In this document: positions 1 to 9,483 of the stretch, piece by piece
Layout: each line of letters begins with the position of its first letter
Numbering within the stretch: the first letter of the stretch is position 1
Assembly: GCA_044356455.1 (NCBI GenBank)
Contig: JBIKWF010000001.1
Coordinates: forward strand, 32,001-96,000
Direction: 5' to 3'
Source: Bdellovibrionota bacterium
Lineage (GTDB): Bacteria; Bdellovibrionota_C; UBA2361; JBGSMV01
DNA length: 64,000 bases
The notes under the pieces: generated by a model
The model's input: only the letters and a program-made list of their open reading frames with translations
Databases searched by the model: none
What the model was told of the DNA's origin: nothing
Position numbers and translations under genes: made by a program

Positions 1-569
1 ATAAGAATCTCGAGGAGCTTGTGGCTGCAGGTACCTTTCGGCAGGATCTTTACTACCGAATTAACGTGATCAACCTCGCGATTCCGCCTCTTAGGGATCG
101 CTTCGAAGATATCACGCCCCTGTGTCAGCATTTTGTAAAAGTGCTCAAACCAGTCTATGGGGAGCGTGAGCTTACTTTTGCTTTAGATGCTCAGCAGGCG
201 CTGATTGCTTACGCCTGGCCGGGTAATGTGCGTGAATTAGAGAATATCGTTGAAAGCTTAATGGCGCTTTCTCCCAAGGACGAAATTACCGAGGACGACT
301 TGCCCCGCAAGGTGCTTGCACGCGAGCTTAGGCAGCCTCCGCGCCAGCTCCTCACGGATCCGACGATGAGCTTTGAAGATGCCGAGCGCTTGTTTGAGTC
401 AGAGATGATTCTCAAGGCTCTGAAGAAGACCAATTACGTTCAAACGCGGGCAGCTGAACTTTTAGGGATCAGCCGGCGTATTCTTAAATATAAGATGGAT
501 AAGCTTGGGATTACCCAGCGCTGCGCTTCTGAGCTTGCGGCGTCTGAGCAGGGGAAAGACCTAAACTAG
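1..569 (+). CDS. Sigma54-dependent enhancer-binding protein (NtrC/AtoC family), C-terminal part; 5' end lies outside the window
   Basis: FRQDLYYRINV, PPLRDR and WPGNVRELEN AAA+ motifs plus Fis-type HTH (QTRAAELLGISRRILKYKM); frame is open back to the window edge. Confidence 0.93.
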   Translation, partial: KNLEELVAAGTFRQDLYYRINVINLAIPPLRDRFEDITPLCQHFVKVLKPVYGERELTFALDAQQALIAYAWPGNVRELENIVESLMALSPKDEITEDDLPRKVLARELRQPPRQLLTDPTMSFEDAERLFESEMILKALKKTNYVQTRAAELLGISRRILKYKMDKLGITQRCASELAASEQGKDLN

Positions 570-592
570 GCTAAGGCATTTTTGATTCTTAG

Positions 593-2398
593 TCATGTGC
601 GCAGGAGCTGAAGCGCAAGGGCAGGCTGGGTATTGGCTTGCGCCATGACCGAGGCCGCAACTTGTTTTACAATTTGACTTTTTACGAGTTCCCCCGATTC
701 AAGAGCGACGTCGGCATCGGTTATGCGGCCTTGTGCGGCTTCCATGGTGTCGCGCTGCTCTCGTACTACGGCAAGAGAAGTTTGCAGCCTCGACATTCCG
801 CTCCCGAGAGCGCCTCTGGCCTGGGAAAGGCGCTGCAGGAGGTTATCGATACTCGTGAGGGAGTTTCTGGCGTCTGCTTGTGTCGTGAGGGTCAGAAAAC
901 TTGTTTCAGTGGATGAAACTGTCCCCTGCAGGTAGAGACTCCCGAAGAGCCCTAATAGAACATCACTCGCCCCATCGCCATTAAAGTCCCCCACGGTTAA
1001 GAAACCGATTCCGCCTCCGCTAAAGGTGCTTGAGAGTTGGAAGCCGTTACTCCCATTTCCTAGGAAGAGGGAGAGTCCAGACTCACTTCCGTTGTTATCA
1101 TCATAGAGCAAATCGATAAGTCCGTCCCCATTCATGTCGGCGGCAGCACGCACGGTCATTCCCGATGCGCCGTTTGGTGTTACCTTGCTCCCAAATGAGC
1201 CATCGCTGTTTTGGAGGTACGTTCCGTCGTCAACAGCTATGTCCATGAGCCCGTCGCGGTTAAGGTCTGCAACGAAGGCTGTAGAAGAACCGACAAGAGT
1301 GGCGGTCTGCGTGTAGCTTTGGTTGCCTGTGGCCTGGAGTACTCTGAGGTTCCCTGAGTCCGAAAGTAAGATATCCTTACGACCGTCGCCATTGATATCC
1401 GCGAGTGAGAAGGAGGCATTCGTAATACCTGTTGAATAAGTTCCCGCTACAGAGAGTGTCCCACTTGATGAGGCCGTAATGGCGCGAATCACACCGGTGC
1501 TCACGTCCATGGTGAAGAGATCGTTTTTGCCGTCTCCGTTAAAATCACCTACTTGCGCCCCGCTCGTACCTGAGACCGCGAGAGTCCTGATGCTGCCAAA
1601 CAAACCGGTTCCATCGCCAACCCGCAGCCTTATCGTGCCACTTTCGGTCGTTGCGATGTCTGGAATTCCATCTCCCGTAAAATCTGCAACTGCAAGAGCT
1701 GCAGTGGTCCCTCCCATGGCGTAGCTTGCGCTTCCAGTGAAGCCACCGTTTCCATCTCCAAGGCGAATAAGAACCAAGCCGCTGCCGTCGACTGTCGCAA
1801 CGTCGAGCTTCCCGTCTCCGTTTAGATCTGAAGACTGAATGTCGTTCCCGGCGAATCCAATATTTGATGACTCACCAAAGGTGCCAAGTCCTCTGCGCCC
1901 GGCGAGCTGCTGGGAAGTCTGCACCGACACTCCGCCGCTAATTCCAAACCCCGCTTGGATGCGCAGAGCGTTTGATGCGCCGCTCAGCAAGGAGATCCCG
2001 TTAAAGCTTGTGGTGCTCAAAGTGCGGTTGAATTCCTTGGTAAGTTCGTCTGCCTCCTTCTGGAGCGCAAGGCGCTGGGTTCTCGAGAAGGTTCCATTTG
2101 CCGCCTGCTCGGCGAGTTCTTTAAGACGCGTAGTGACAGAAGAGAGCTCACCAAGGGCGCTGTCGGCGATAGAGAGTGCGCTTACGCCATCAGATATGTT
2201 TCGAACACCTTGAGAGTAAACTCTTGCTCGGGCGGAAAGAGAACTTGCGACGGCAAGCCCGGCGGCGTCGTCTGAGGCGCGTACAATTCGGCTGCCCGAG
2301 GCGAGGCGCTCGAGCGCCGTAGACTCGGCCCCTTGCGCGCTGCTCAGGCGACGCTGCGCACGAAGGGAGCCAATATTTGAGCCGAGTGAAATTGCCAT
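593..2398 (-). CDS. fliC: Flagellin with seven internal FG-GAP/VCBS-like repeats
   Basis: Flagellin N-terminus (LERLASGSRIVRASDDAAGLAVA, RLKELAEQAANG, TSFNGISLL) and C-terminus (RITDADVALESGELVKSQI..MAQANTQPALALQLL); middle has 7 x D-x-N/T-x-D-G-x-x-D. Confidence 0.9.
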   Translation of the reverse strand: MAISLGSNIGSLRAQRRLSSAQGAESTALERLASGSRIVRASDDAAGLAVASSLSARARVYSQGVRNISDGVSALSIADSALGELSSVTTRLKELAEQAANGTFSRTQRLALQKEADELTKEFNRTLSTTSFNGISLLSGASNALRIQAGFGISGGVSVQTSQQLAGRRGLGTFGESSNIGFAGNDIQSSDLNGDGKLDVATVDGSGLVLIRLGDGNGGFTGSASYAMGGTTAALAVADFTGDGIPDIATTESGTIRLRVGDGTGLFGSIRTLAVSGTSGAQVGDFNGDGKNDLFTMDVSTGVIRAITASSSGTLSVAGTYSTGITNASFSLADINGDGRKDILLSDSGNLRVLQATGNQSYTQTATLVGSSTAFVADLNRDGLMDIAVDDGTYLQNSDGSFGSKVTPNGASGMTVRAAADMNGDGLIDLLYDDNNGSESGLSLFLGNGSNGFQLSSTFSGGGIGFLTVGDFNGDGASDVLLGLFGSLYLQGTVSSTETSFLTLTTQADARNSLTSIDNLLQRLSQARGALGSGMSRLQTSLAVVREQRDTMEAAQGRITDADVALESGELVKSQIVKQVAASVMAQANTQPALALQLLRT

Positions 2399-2439
2399 GT
2401 TCTACAAGTGGCTAAAAAACTTAATACTGTGCGTCTATA

Positions 2440-2468
2440 AAATCGTCTTTTTTTAAAAAGATCTGGAG
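2440..2468 (-). promoter_or_regulatory. Possible sigma28-like promoter of the flagellin gene
   Basis: Minus strand CTCCAG-N15-GACGATTT about 40 bp upstream of the ATG; imperfect match to TAAAG-N14-GCCGATAA. Confidence 0.25.
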
Positions 2469-2618
2469 CACTTTGTGGTCATAACTATTTGAGCTTATTG
2501 GTGTGATTTATACCTCGAGTAAAGGGGGGCAAGCATAGGTGTTCGGTGGTGGGACGCGCTGAGGTTTCCCGCTAAGGATTTGTAGTTACTCAAGGAGAGG
2601 GGATATTGTTGCCCGCCT

Positions 2619-3575
2619 ATGGATGAGCAGGAGTTTCTCAAACACATATTCTCGCCCGGACCTACAAGCTCAGAGATTCTTGTAGGGCGAGGAGACGATG
2701 CCGCGGTGGTCCGTTTCGGGGAGAAGGCGCTGGTGCTTACCACCGATTCCTTCATCGAAGGGCGACATTTTGATAGAAGCTATTTTTCTCCTGATGAAAT
2801 TGGCGCCAAGGCAGTAGAAGGATCGGTCTCAGATGTGATTGCGATGGGAGGGCGTCCCCGCTTTATTCTTTGGTCTCTTGTTTTTGGTAACGAAGAGGTG
2901 ACCAGGGAGTTGGACTTTTACCGAGTGCTGGCGCGAGGCGTTGAGCAGGCGTGTCAGAGGCTGGGCTGCCAGCTTGTGGGCGGCAATCTTGCCAAAGGGA
3001 AGGGAACTCTTGAACTTACTATGAGCGTTATAGGAGAACTGCCTCCTTCGCGTCCTGCGCGCTGCAGGTCGGGGGCTGTGCCAGGGGAAGTACTTTGCGT
3101 GACGGGCCATCTAGGAGCATCCGCCGCTGGGCTTCTTGCTCTAAGGAACAACTGGGAAGGCTATGAAGAGGTAAAGCGTGCGCACAAGAAGCCGCGCTGT
3201 AGGCTCGACCTCGTTGATAAAATTGGCGCGCACGCTTCAAGCATGATCGATATTTCTGATGGACTCTCAAGTGAGCTGTATTACTTAAGCTCCGCAAGTC
3301 ACGTGAAGCTTGAAGTTCTAGAATCGCGCATACCCGTGCATCCTCAAGTCATTCGTTTGGGTAGCGAGCGCGGGATTGACCCTCTTTCATTCGTATATGG
3401 AGGCGGTGAGGAGTACGAACTGCTTTTCACTTTGCCAGAGGAAAAGGCAAGGCTTGTGCCTGCAACCATAATTGGCCGGGTGCATGAGGGGGAGGGAGTC
3501 TTTGTAACCTCCGTATCGGGGGACTCGCGATTGCTCGCACGTGCTGGTTTTGATCACGTGAGCACTACTTCTTAA
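2619..3575 (+). CDS. thiL: Thiamine-monophosphate kinase
   Basis: GDDAA, TTDSFIEGRHF, SDVIAMGG, IDISDGL and GGEEYELLFT motifs. Confidence 0.95.
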   Translation: MDEQEFLKHIFSPGPTSSEILVGRGDDAAVVRFGEKALVLTTDSFIEGRHFDRSYFSPDEIGAKAVEGSVSDVIAMGGRPRFILWSLVFGNEEVTRELDFYRVLARGVEQACQRLGCQLVGGNLAKGKGTLELTMSVIGELPPSRPARCRSGAVPGEVLCVTGHLGASAAGLLALRNNWEGYEEVKRAHKKPRCRLDLVDKIGAHASSMIDISDGLSSELYYLSSASHVKLEVLESRIPVHPQVIRLGSERGIDPLSFVYGGGEEYELLFTLPEEKARLVPATIIGRVHEGEGVFVTSVSGDSRLLARAGFDHVSTTS

Positions 3576-3861
3576 AGAGATCGTCGAGCTTACTCTTTCT
3601 ATCAAGCTTAGAGGGCCCAGAAGGCGTTTTCCCCTGGCCCTCGCGGAAGGAAAAATAATCACAGTAATTGCTTCTGTCTTTGTCGAGCACGCGGTCCGCT
3701 TGGGGCTCCCTACAAAGGTTGTAGGCGGATGTATCGTAGTGCTTGCAATTGAGGCACACGTGTAGGTCGGCATCGCAGGAACTGCACGAATCCCTGCGCC
3801 CCACTTGTGAGGCATCAGATAATTCTTGTTTTGTTTGGCATTTGAAGCAGTGGTAGCTCAC
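3565..3861 (-). CDS. Small Cys-rich (putative zinc-binding) conserved hypothetical protein
   Basis: CFKC, CSSC, CLNC plus two more Cys (LCREP, NYCDYF); GTG at 3861 chosen as start rather than the ORF-track start at 3927. Confidence 0.75.
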   Translation of the reverse strand: MSYHCFKCQTKQELSDASQVGRRDSCSSCDADLHVCLNCKHYDTSAYNLCREPQADRVLDKDRSNYCDYFSFREGQGKTPSGPSKLDRKSKLDDLFKK

Positions 3862-3964
3862 AAGATGGAAGTATAGGGCGCTCAGCTTCCTCAGATCTAG
3901 GGCCGGGGGCGATAGGCGCCTGCGCAAACGCTGTTTTGTTCGCTGTAGCTTGGTCTGACACTGA

Positions 3965-4088
3965 GGAATGCTCTACCCCCGATTCTTTATGCACCTCTGT
4001 GTCCCTCCGTGTCCTCTGTGGTGAAATTTTCATGAAATTCACTACAGAGGGCGCAGAGCCACACAGAGGTGAGTTTTTCAGAGATTCC
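3965..4088. mobile_element. MITE-like palindromic element, family 1 (degenerate left end)
   Basis: Internal CTCTGTG.../CACAGAG arms; right end GTTTTTCAGAGATTCC. Confidence 0.65.
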
Positions 4089-4189
4089 GTAGGGAACCTA
4101 TGTAACGTACTTCCCTTTAAAGAGTTTCCGTTACAGTCTCTAAATTGCTTTCATCTTAGGGCAATTCTTCCGATACGTTAGGGGAGTGC

Positions 4190-5569
4190 GTGGACAATCA
4201 GGCAAGGAATATGAGCGTGGCCGAAGAGCCTAAAAATTCTGACAGTGAGCCTTTACAGCCCTTGACCTTGGGCGGAGTTTCGCTGAGTGCGGCCGGTTTG
4301 TCGGCCCCTAGGGCAGCATTGTCTCTTCTCGAGCGCATCTGCTGGCTTGGAAGAGTCTTCATTTCATCAGCGTCGCGTTTCTATTGGGACGATGGTTTTA
4401 GCCGAGCCGCGTCTCTTGCCTATACTTCACTGCTGTCGCTCGTGCCGCTCACGGTAGTGGCGTTTGGGCTTCTGGCTTCCTTTGCAACTTCAACGGAATA
4501 TATTGGCCGGGCCCGGGAATTTATCTTTAAGCAGTTTGTTCCCGACAACCAATTTGTGAGCGATGTTCTTGCCTATATAGAGAATTTTAGCGCTGCCGCA
4601 TCTCAATTCAATGTAACTTTTGTCCTCTTTCTCGTGGTCACGGCTTTGCTCCTGGTAAACTCGATTGAGTACGCGCTGAATGCAACCTGGCAGGTCTTCG
4701 AGCCGCGCCCTTGGTCCCAGCGTCTTGCGGTGTTTAGTGCGATTTTGCTGGTGGCGCCGCCACTCGTGCTGAGCGGCTATTACTTTTACGAAAAATTTGC
4801 TCACTCTGATTTTCTTACCGAGACAGGGGTAATGAGTCTTATCTATCGTGCGGTCCTGCCGTACTTTTTCGATTGGATTGCCTTTCTTGCGCTTTATTTT
4901 CTTGTGCCTAAGGCTCCGGTGCGATTCTGGAATGCCTGCTTTGGTGGGCTCGTTGCAGCGGTGCTCTTTAATTTGGCAAAGGCGGGGTTTGCGATTTATC
5001 TTAGAGATTTCGCCAGCTATAGCACGCTCTACAAGTCCATTGCCGCTGTTCCTGTATCTCTGGTGTGGTTGTACCTGTCCTGGATAATTCTGCTCTTTGG
5101 CGCCGAGGTCAGCTACCAGTCCCAATACCTGCCGCGCGTAGGGAATCTCTTTAAGCAGTCTGTCCTTAGTATCGGCGACGCGCGCATGATGCTTGCCATC
5201 CAGTCGCTGGTGCTGATTGAGAGTGCTTTCTCTCAGGGCAGGGATTTGCCTAGTGATATCGAGCTCGCCGAAAAGCTCGGGTGTTCTACTGTGGTGCTCA
5301 AGCCCACTATCGATTCTTTAGAAAAAGCAGGTATCGTAACGAGGGGAGATTCTCGCGAGATGCCCATTACGCTTCTTAAGAGTGCGGAGCGAATCTCTAT
5401 TGCAGAGGTGCGCGATGCGCTTTTTGGGGCAAGGGTAGCGCTTCATTATCCCGAGGCCATGGCGCGGCTTTTTTCAAGTCTCGCGGGAGGGCAGGGGCTT
5501 GAAAAGATTAGTTTAGCACAGCTTGTCGAAGATGCTCCTCGCGCCGAGCGGCACGAAACCAGTCACTAA
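4190..5569 (+). CDS. YihY/BrkB-family inner membrane protein with C-terminal winged-helix-like domain
   Basis: AASLAYTSLLSLVP and WLYLSWIILLFGAE YihY motifs; C-terminal ELAEKLGCSTVVLKPTIDSLEKAGIV; start may be ATG 4211. Confidence 0.88.
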   Translation: MDNQARNMSVAEEPKNSDSEPLQPLTLGGVSLSAAGLSAPRAALSLLERICWLGRVFISSASRFYWDDGFSRAASLAYTSLLSLVPLTVVAFGLLASFATSTEYIGRAREFIFKQFVPDNQFVSDVLAYIENFSAAASQFNVTFVLFLVVTALLLVNSIEYALNATWQVFEPRPWSQRLAVFSAILLVAPPLVLSGYYFYEKFAHSDFLTETGVMSLIYRAVLPYFFDWIAFLALYFLVPKAPVRFWNACFGGLVAAVLFNLAKAGFAIYLRDFASYSTLYKSIAAVPVSLVWLYLSWIILLFGAEVSYQSQYLPRVGNLFKQSVLSIGDARMMLAIQSLVLIESAFSQGRDLPSDIELAEKLGCSTVVLKPTIDSLEKAGIVTRGDSREMPITLLKSAERISIAEVRDALFGARVALHYPEAMARLFSSLAGGQGLEKISLAQLVEDAPRAERHETSH

Positions 5570-5626
5570 AGGTGACGCGCCCGTAAAGGGAGCGTTGAGA
5601 AAGATTTACTTTGTTAAAGAGAACGC

Positions 5627-6859
5627 ATGTCATCAACTGAGGATGTTTCAATTCACCGGCTTAGCAATGGCCTTATCGTCATTGTGGAGGAGATGCCTGA
5701 CTTTGAGTCTGCGGCTTTTGAGCTGCACATTCCAGGCGGGATCGCTTTTGACGAGGAGTCGCGCATAGGAAGTTCGCTCCTTCTTGCAGAGCTTACTACC
5801 AGGGGCGCGGGCGGGCTGTCCTCAGAGGATCTTTCGAACGCCTTTGATAGTCTTGGGATTCGTCACTCAGAGTCTTCAGGACACGAGCGTTTTGTGTACC
5901 GAGCAGCGCTGCTTAAGGATACGTTTTCTGAGGCACTCAGACTTTCCTCTCTCATGGTGCATGCGCCGCTCCTTCCAGAAGACGAAATCGAAAGTATTCG
6001 AAGCATTCTCCTGCAAGACATTGCGGCACTTGCCGATAATCCCTCGCGCCGCGCCATGTTGGAGCTGAGTAATCGCTACTATCCGGCGCCATTTAATAGA
6101 CCGGGCTGTGGGAATGAAGAGGGACTTAAAAATACGACCGTTGCTTCCCTACGAGCTCAGCATAAAGAGTACTTCGCCGCTTCGGGCAGCATCCTGTCAG
6201 TGGCGGGTAATGTGAAGACGGCGCAGGTGCTTTCTGAGGCTGAGAAGAATTTTGGAAAGTGGGAAGGCGAGGCCAAGAAACGCATCCCCTTTGGTAAGAT
6301 TCAACCTTTTGCGCGCCATCACCTGCAAGAGGAAAGTGCGCAGCTTCAAATCGTGCTTTCACATCCCTCCGCGCCCTTTGGGTCGCCGCACTATTACGCC
6401 GCGAAAATTGCCGCCCAGATTCTTTCTGGTGGAATGTTTGGTCGGCTCTTTATCGAAGTAAGAGAGAAGCGAGGCTTGGTCTATAGCGTGTATGCTTCTC
6501 ACTCGTCTGCTAAAGAGTATGGAACCGTGACGGCATACGCAGGGACCACCCCTGAGCGCGCCCACGAAACGCTCGAGGTGATGCTCGAGGTGATGAAGGG
6601 GCTGAGAGGGACTATTACCGAGGTTGAAATAAAACGTGCGAAGGCCAATCTTAAATCTTCCCTCGTGATGGGGCAGGAGGGCACGGGAGCACGCGCCTCT
6701 TCCAATGCTCAGGACTATTGGATTGATGGGCGGGTGCGCACGCTTGATGAAATTGTGAGGGGCATCGATGCCGTAGGGCAAAAGGAGCTCGATGCCTATC
6801 TGAGCGCTTACCCCGTGGAGCCTTTTACCCTCGTCACTCTTGGGGCAAGAAAACTCTAG
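5627..6859 (+). CDS. M16 peptidase-like subunit, non-catalytic
   Basis: LSNGL start and RLFIEVREKRGLVYSV, but HXXEH replaced (SLLLAEL). Confidence 0.9.
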   Translation: MSSTEDVSIHRLSNGLIVIVEEMPDFESAAFELHIPGGIAFDEESRIGSSLLLAELTTRGAGGLSSEDLSNAFDSLGIRHSESSGHERFVYRAALLKDTFSEALRLSSLMVHAPLLPEDEIESIRSILLQDIAALADNPSRRAMLELSNRYYPAPFNRPGCGNEEGLKNTTVASLRAQHKEYFAASGSILSVAGNVKTAQVLSEAEKNFGKWEGEAKKRIPFGKIQPFARHHLQEESAQLQIVLSHPSAPFGSPHYYAAKIAAQILSGGMFGRLFIEVREKRGLVYSVYASHSSAKEYGTVTAYAGTTPERAHETLEVMLEVMKGLRGTITEVEIKRAKANLKSSLVMGQEGTGARASSNAQDYWIDGRVRTLDEIVRGIDAVGQKELDAYLSAYPVEPFTLVTLGARKL

Positions 6860-6893
6860 TCTGCTGGTCAACGATTCAAAGAATAAAGTACTT

Positions 6894-8111
6894 ATGGAAT
6901 CACCCTTTCTCTTTCATACGCTCTCGAATGGCTTGCAGGTTATTGGACAACCTACCAAGACTCGTAAAAGTGCGGCCGTAGGATTTTTTGTGAAGACCGG
7001 GTCGCGTGACGAGGTCGCTGCCGAGTCCGGAGTCTCACATTTTCTTGAGCACATGCTCTTCAAGGGCACTCCCAAGCGCTCTGCGCTCGAGCTGACTTTC
7101 GAAATGGGCAACATTGGCGCGCAAGCGAATGCCTTCACCTCCGAAGAAAACACGGTGTACTACGGGGCTGTGCTGCCTGAATATGTGAGCTCTCTGCAGG
7201 AAATTCTCTCTGATATGATGAGGCCAGCCCTGCGCCAGGAAGATTTTGATACCGAGAAGCAGGTAATTCTAGAAGAGATTGCGCTCTACCAGGATAGACC
7301 GCACTTTTTCCTCTTTGAAAATGCGAGTAGGGACTTCTTTGGTGCTCATCCGGCGGGAAATTCGGTTTTGGGGAGCCCCGAATCCATAAAAGCGCTGACC
7401 TCAGAAACGATGCGCGATTATTTTAATCGTCGCTACTCCCCCGGGAATGTTGCCCTCGTGGCAGCCGGAAACTTTGACTGGAAGGCGCTCATCTCTGATG
7501 CAGAAAAGTACTGCGGGGCTTGGACGCCGATGAGCACGCCGCGCAGCACTCCGCGCCATGTCGCCCGGGTGATGCGTAAAGAATACCGCAAGAAGAAACT
7601 ACATCAAACGCATGTTCTTTTCATGACTGATGGGGCTTCTGCTCAAGATCCCGAGAGGTTCTCGCTAGGGCTGCTTGCGACGATGCTTGGGGACTCCTCA
7701 GGCTCGAAAATGTATTGGGCGCTTATTGATTCAGGTCTCGCAGATGGAGCAGGGGCTGATACCGAGGAGCGAGATGGTACCGGTGCGTTCTCGGCCTACG
7801 CAAGCACCGAGCCTGTTAAGGTCGACAAGGTCGCAGCCCTGGTTCAAGAGATTCTTGCGGCCCCGCTTGATTTTTCAAGCGAAGATTTAGAGCGTGCGCG
7901 AACGAAGGTGATTACGCGTATGGTTCAGAGCAATGAGCTCCCCATGGGGCAGCTTATGGCCTTAGGTCTCGAATGGAACGCTCGGCGCGAGGTTGAGACG
8001 CTTCAGGAAACCATTGCGCAGTATAAGAAAGTTACGCGGTCGTCTATTGAAGCTGCGCTTGAGAAATTCCCGCTTTCGACCTGGAGTGAGTTTCGGCTTT
8101 TGCCGGAGTGA
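6894..8111 (+). CDS. M16 (pitrilysin/insulinase) zinc peptidase, catalytic subunit
   Basis: GVSHFLEHMLFKGT, NAFTS, EKQVILEE. Confidence 0.93.
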   Translation: MESPFLFHTLSNGLQVIGQPTKTRKSAAVGFFVKTGSRDEVAAESGVSHFLEHMLFKGTPKRSALELTFEMGNIGAQANAFTSEENTVYYGAVLPEYVSSLQEILSDMMRPALRQEDFDTEKQVILEEIALYQDRPHFFLFENASRDFFGAHPAGNSVLGSPESIKALTSETMRDYFNRRYSPGNVALVAAGNFDWKALISDAEKYCGAWTPMSTPRSTPRHVARVMRKEYRKKKLHQTHVLFMTDGASAQDPERFSLGLLATMLGDSSGSKMYWALIDSGLADGAGADTEERDGTGAFSAYASTEPVKVDKVAALVQEILAAPLDFSSEDLERARTKVITRMVQSNELPMGQLMALGLEWNARREVETLQETIAQYKKVTRSSIEAALEKFPLSTWSEFRLLPE

Positions 8112-9202
8112 GCGAAGAGAAGGAAAGAGAGGGGAAAGGGGACAACCACTTAGATCACGGCACTAAGACCACGGAGACCACTAAGGTGGGGAGTTTTGTT
8201 TTTGCGGAGAATCAAGCATTTAGGGAAGCAAGTTGTTCTTGCGCGCGGTCTCTGTTGCGTGGGTGCTTGTTTTGTTTCTTTTTCATAGGGCAGGGGCTTT
8301 TCGGGTTGGAATATGTTCCCGCCTTTGGGCAGGTCGCCTCATTGCAGGACACCTCTTTGCGGGCCCAGAGCTCTCGGTACGTACGTATCAGCCGCGACTC
8401 TCGAGATGAGCCACAGGCACTTGAGACCTCTATCGTGCGGCTACTTCCGCCGGCCGAGGGCGGGGATTCCTCATTCCCTCACGATGGGTATGTAGATCTT
8501 ATCGCGGCCGTGCATGTGGGGGAGCTTGCGTACTACGAAGAGCTTAACCGGCGCTTTCAGGGCTACGACGCAGTCTTGTTTGAGCTTGTAGCCCCTAAGA
8601 ATTTCGATGTGAGTGCGCAGAAGAGAGAGACCAGCCCGCGTGGGCAGCACCCGATTTCGCTGCTCCAGATGGGAATGAAGTCAATTCTCAAACTTGAATT
8701 TCAGCTTGACCGCGTCAATTACAAGGCCCCCAACTTTGTTCATGCCGATATGTCCCCGGAGGAACTTTCCACTTCCATGGCATCGCGAAACGAGTCTTTT
8801 ATGGGGATGCTTCTTAAAGCCATGGCGGCAGCCTCCGCCAAGGAGTCGCGGGGTGAGGGGAAGCCCCCGGATGTGGGAAGTCTGTTTCTTTTGATGTTTG
8901 ATGATGCTCGGGCACTTGCCCTGCGCCGCATTATGGCCCGTGAGTTCGAGGATATCGATATGCTTTTGGATACGCTCAATGGTACTGAGGGCAGCAGTAT
9001 AATCACCGAAAGAAATAAGGTTGCGCTTCGAGAGTTGGGAAAGGTTCTTGGCCAAGGAAAGCGGAGGATTGCTATCTTTTACGGCGGAGCTCACATGCCT
9101 GATTTCGAGCGTCAGCTTGGGCAGTCCTATGGGCTTAAGCCCTCTGATCCTGAGTGGTTGCTCGCCTGGCGTCTCGCGCCGGAAATTAAGGGCGGCAACT
9201 AA
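8108..9202 (+). CDS. Conserved hypothetical protein, possibly TraB/GumN-like fold; true start probably downstream
   Basis: VDLIAAVHVG, VLFELV, ERNKVA and YGGAHMPD resemble TraB-like metal motifs; the N-terminus overlaps a repeat. Confidence 0.6.
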   Translation: MSEEKEREGKGDNHLDHGTKTTETTKVGSFVFAENQAFREASCSCARSLLRGCLFCFFFIGQGLFGLEYVPAFGQVASLQDTSLRAQSSRYVRISRDSRDEPQALETSIVRLLPPAEGGDSSFPHDGYVDLIAAVHVGELAYYEELNRRFQGYDAVLFELVAPKNFDVSAQKRETSPRGQHPISLLQMGMKSILKLEFQLDRVNYKAPNFVHADMSPEELSTSMASRNESFMGMLLKAMAAASAKESRGEGKPPDVGSLFLLMFDDARALALRRIMAREFEDIDMLLDTLNGTEGSSIITERNKVALRELGKVLGQGKRRIAIFYGGAHMPDFERQLGQSYGLKPSDPEWLLAWRLAPEIKGGN

Positions 9203-9335
9203 GGAACCTCTGAAAAACCTCGATATTTTATTTCTTTCTCTCCGTGTTCTCTGTGCCCTCTGTGGTTTTTCAACATCTTAAATCAACCACAGAGGGCACA
9301 GAGTTCACAGAGCAGACTTTTTCGGAGTAGCTTCC
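9203..9335. mobile_element. MITE-like palindromic element, family 1
   Basis: CTAA|GGAACCTCTGAAAAAC ... TTTTTCGGAGTAGCTTCC|CTAA; 4-bp direct flanks; internal inverted arms. Confidence 0.8.
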
Positions 9336-9483
9336 CTAAGAGCCCGTTTTTAGGGCACGTCCGCCTAATCTATGTCGTAGTTTTACCTCGCAGGCTTCAA
9401 AGGGAGCCTTAAAAAGGCTCACCCTCCGCGTACTCTGCGTCCCCCGCGTTACTTGAAAACTAGCGAAGCGGCGCGTCCTCGAC

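Noticed and set aside
3815..4181. Short ORFs over MITE copies and hairpin elements (also 9021-9281, 12035-12308, 56618-56833)
   Set aside because: Peptides such as SLRVLCG and FTTEGAE are read-outs of the palindromic repeats
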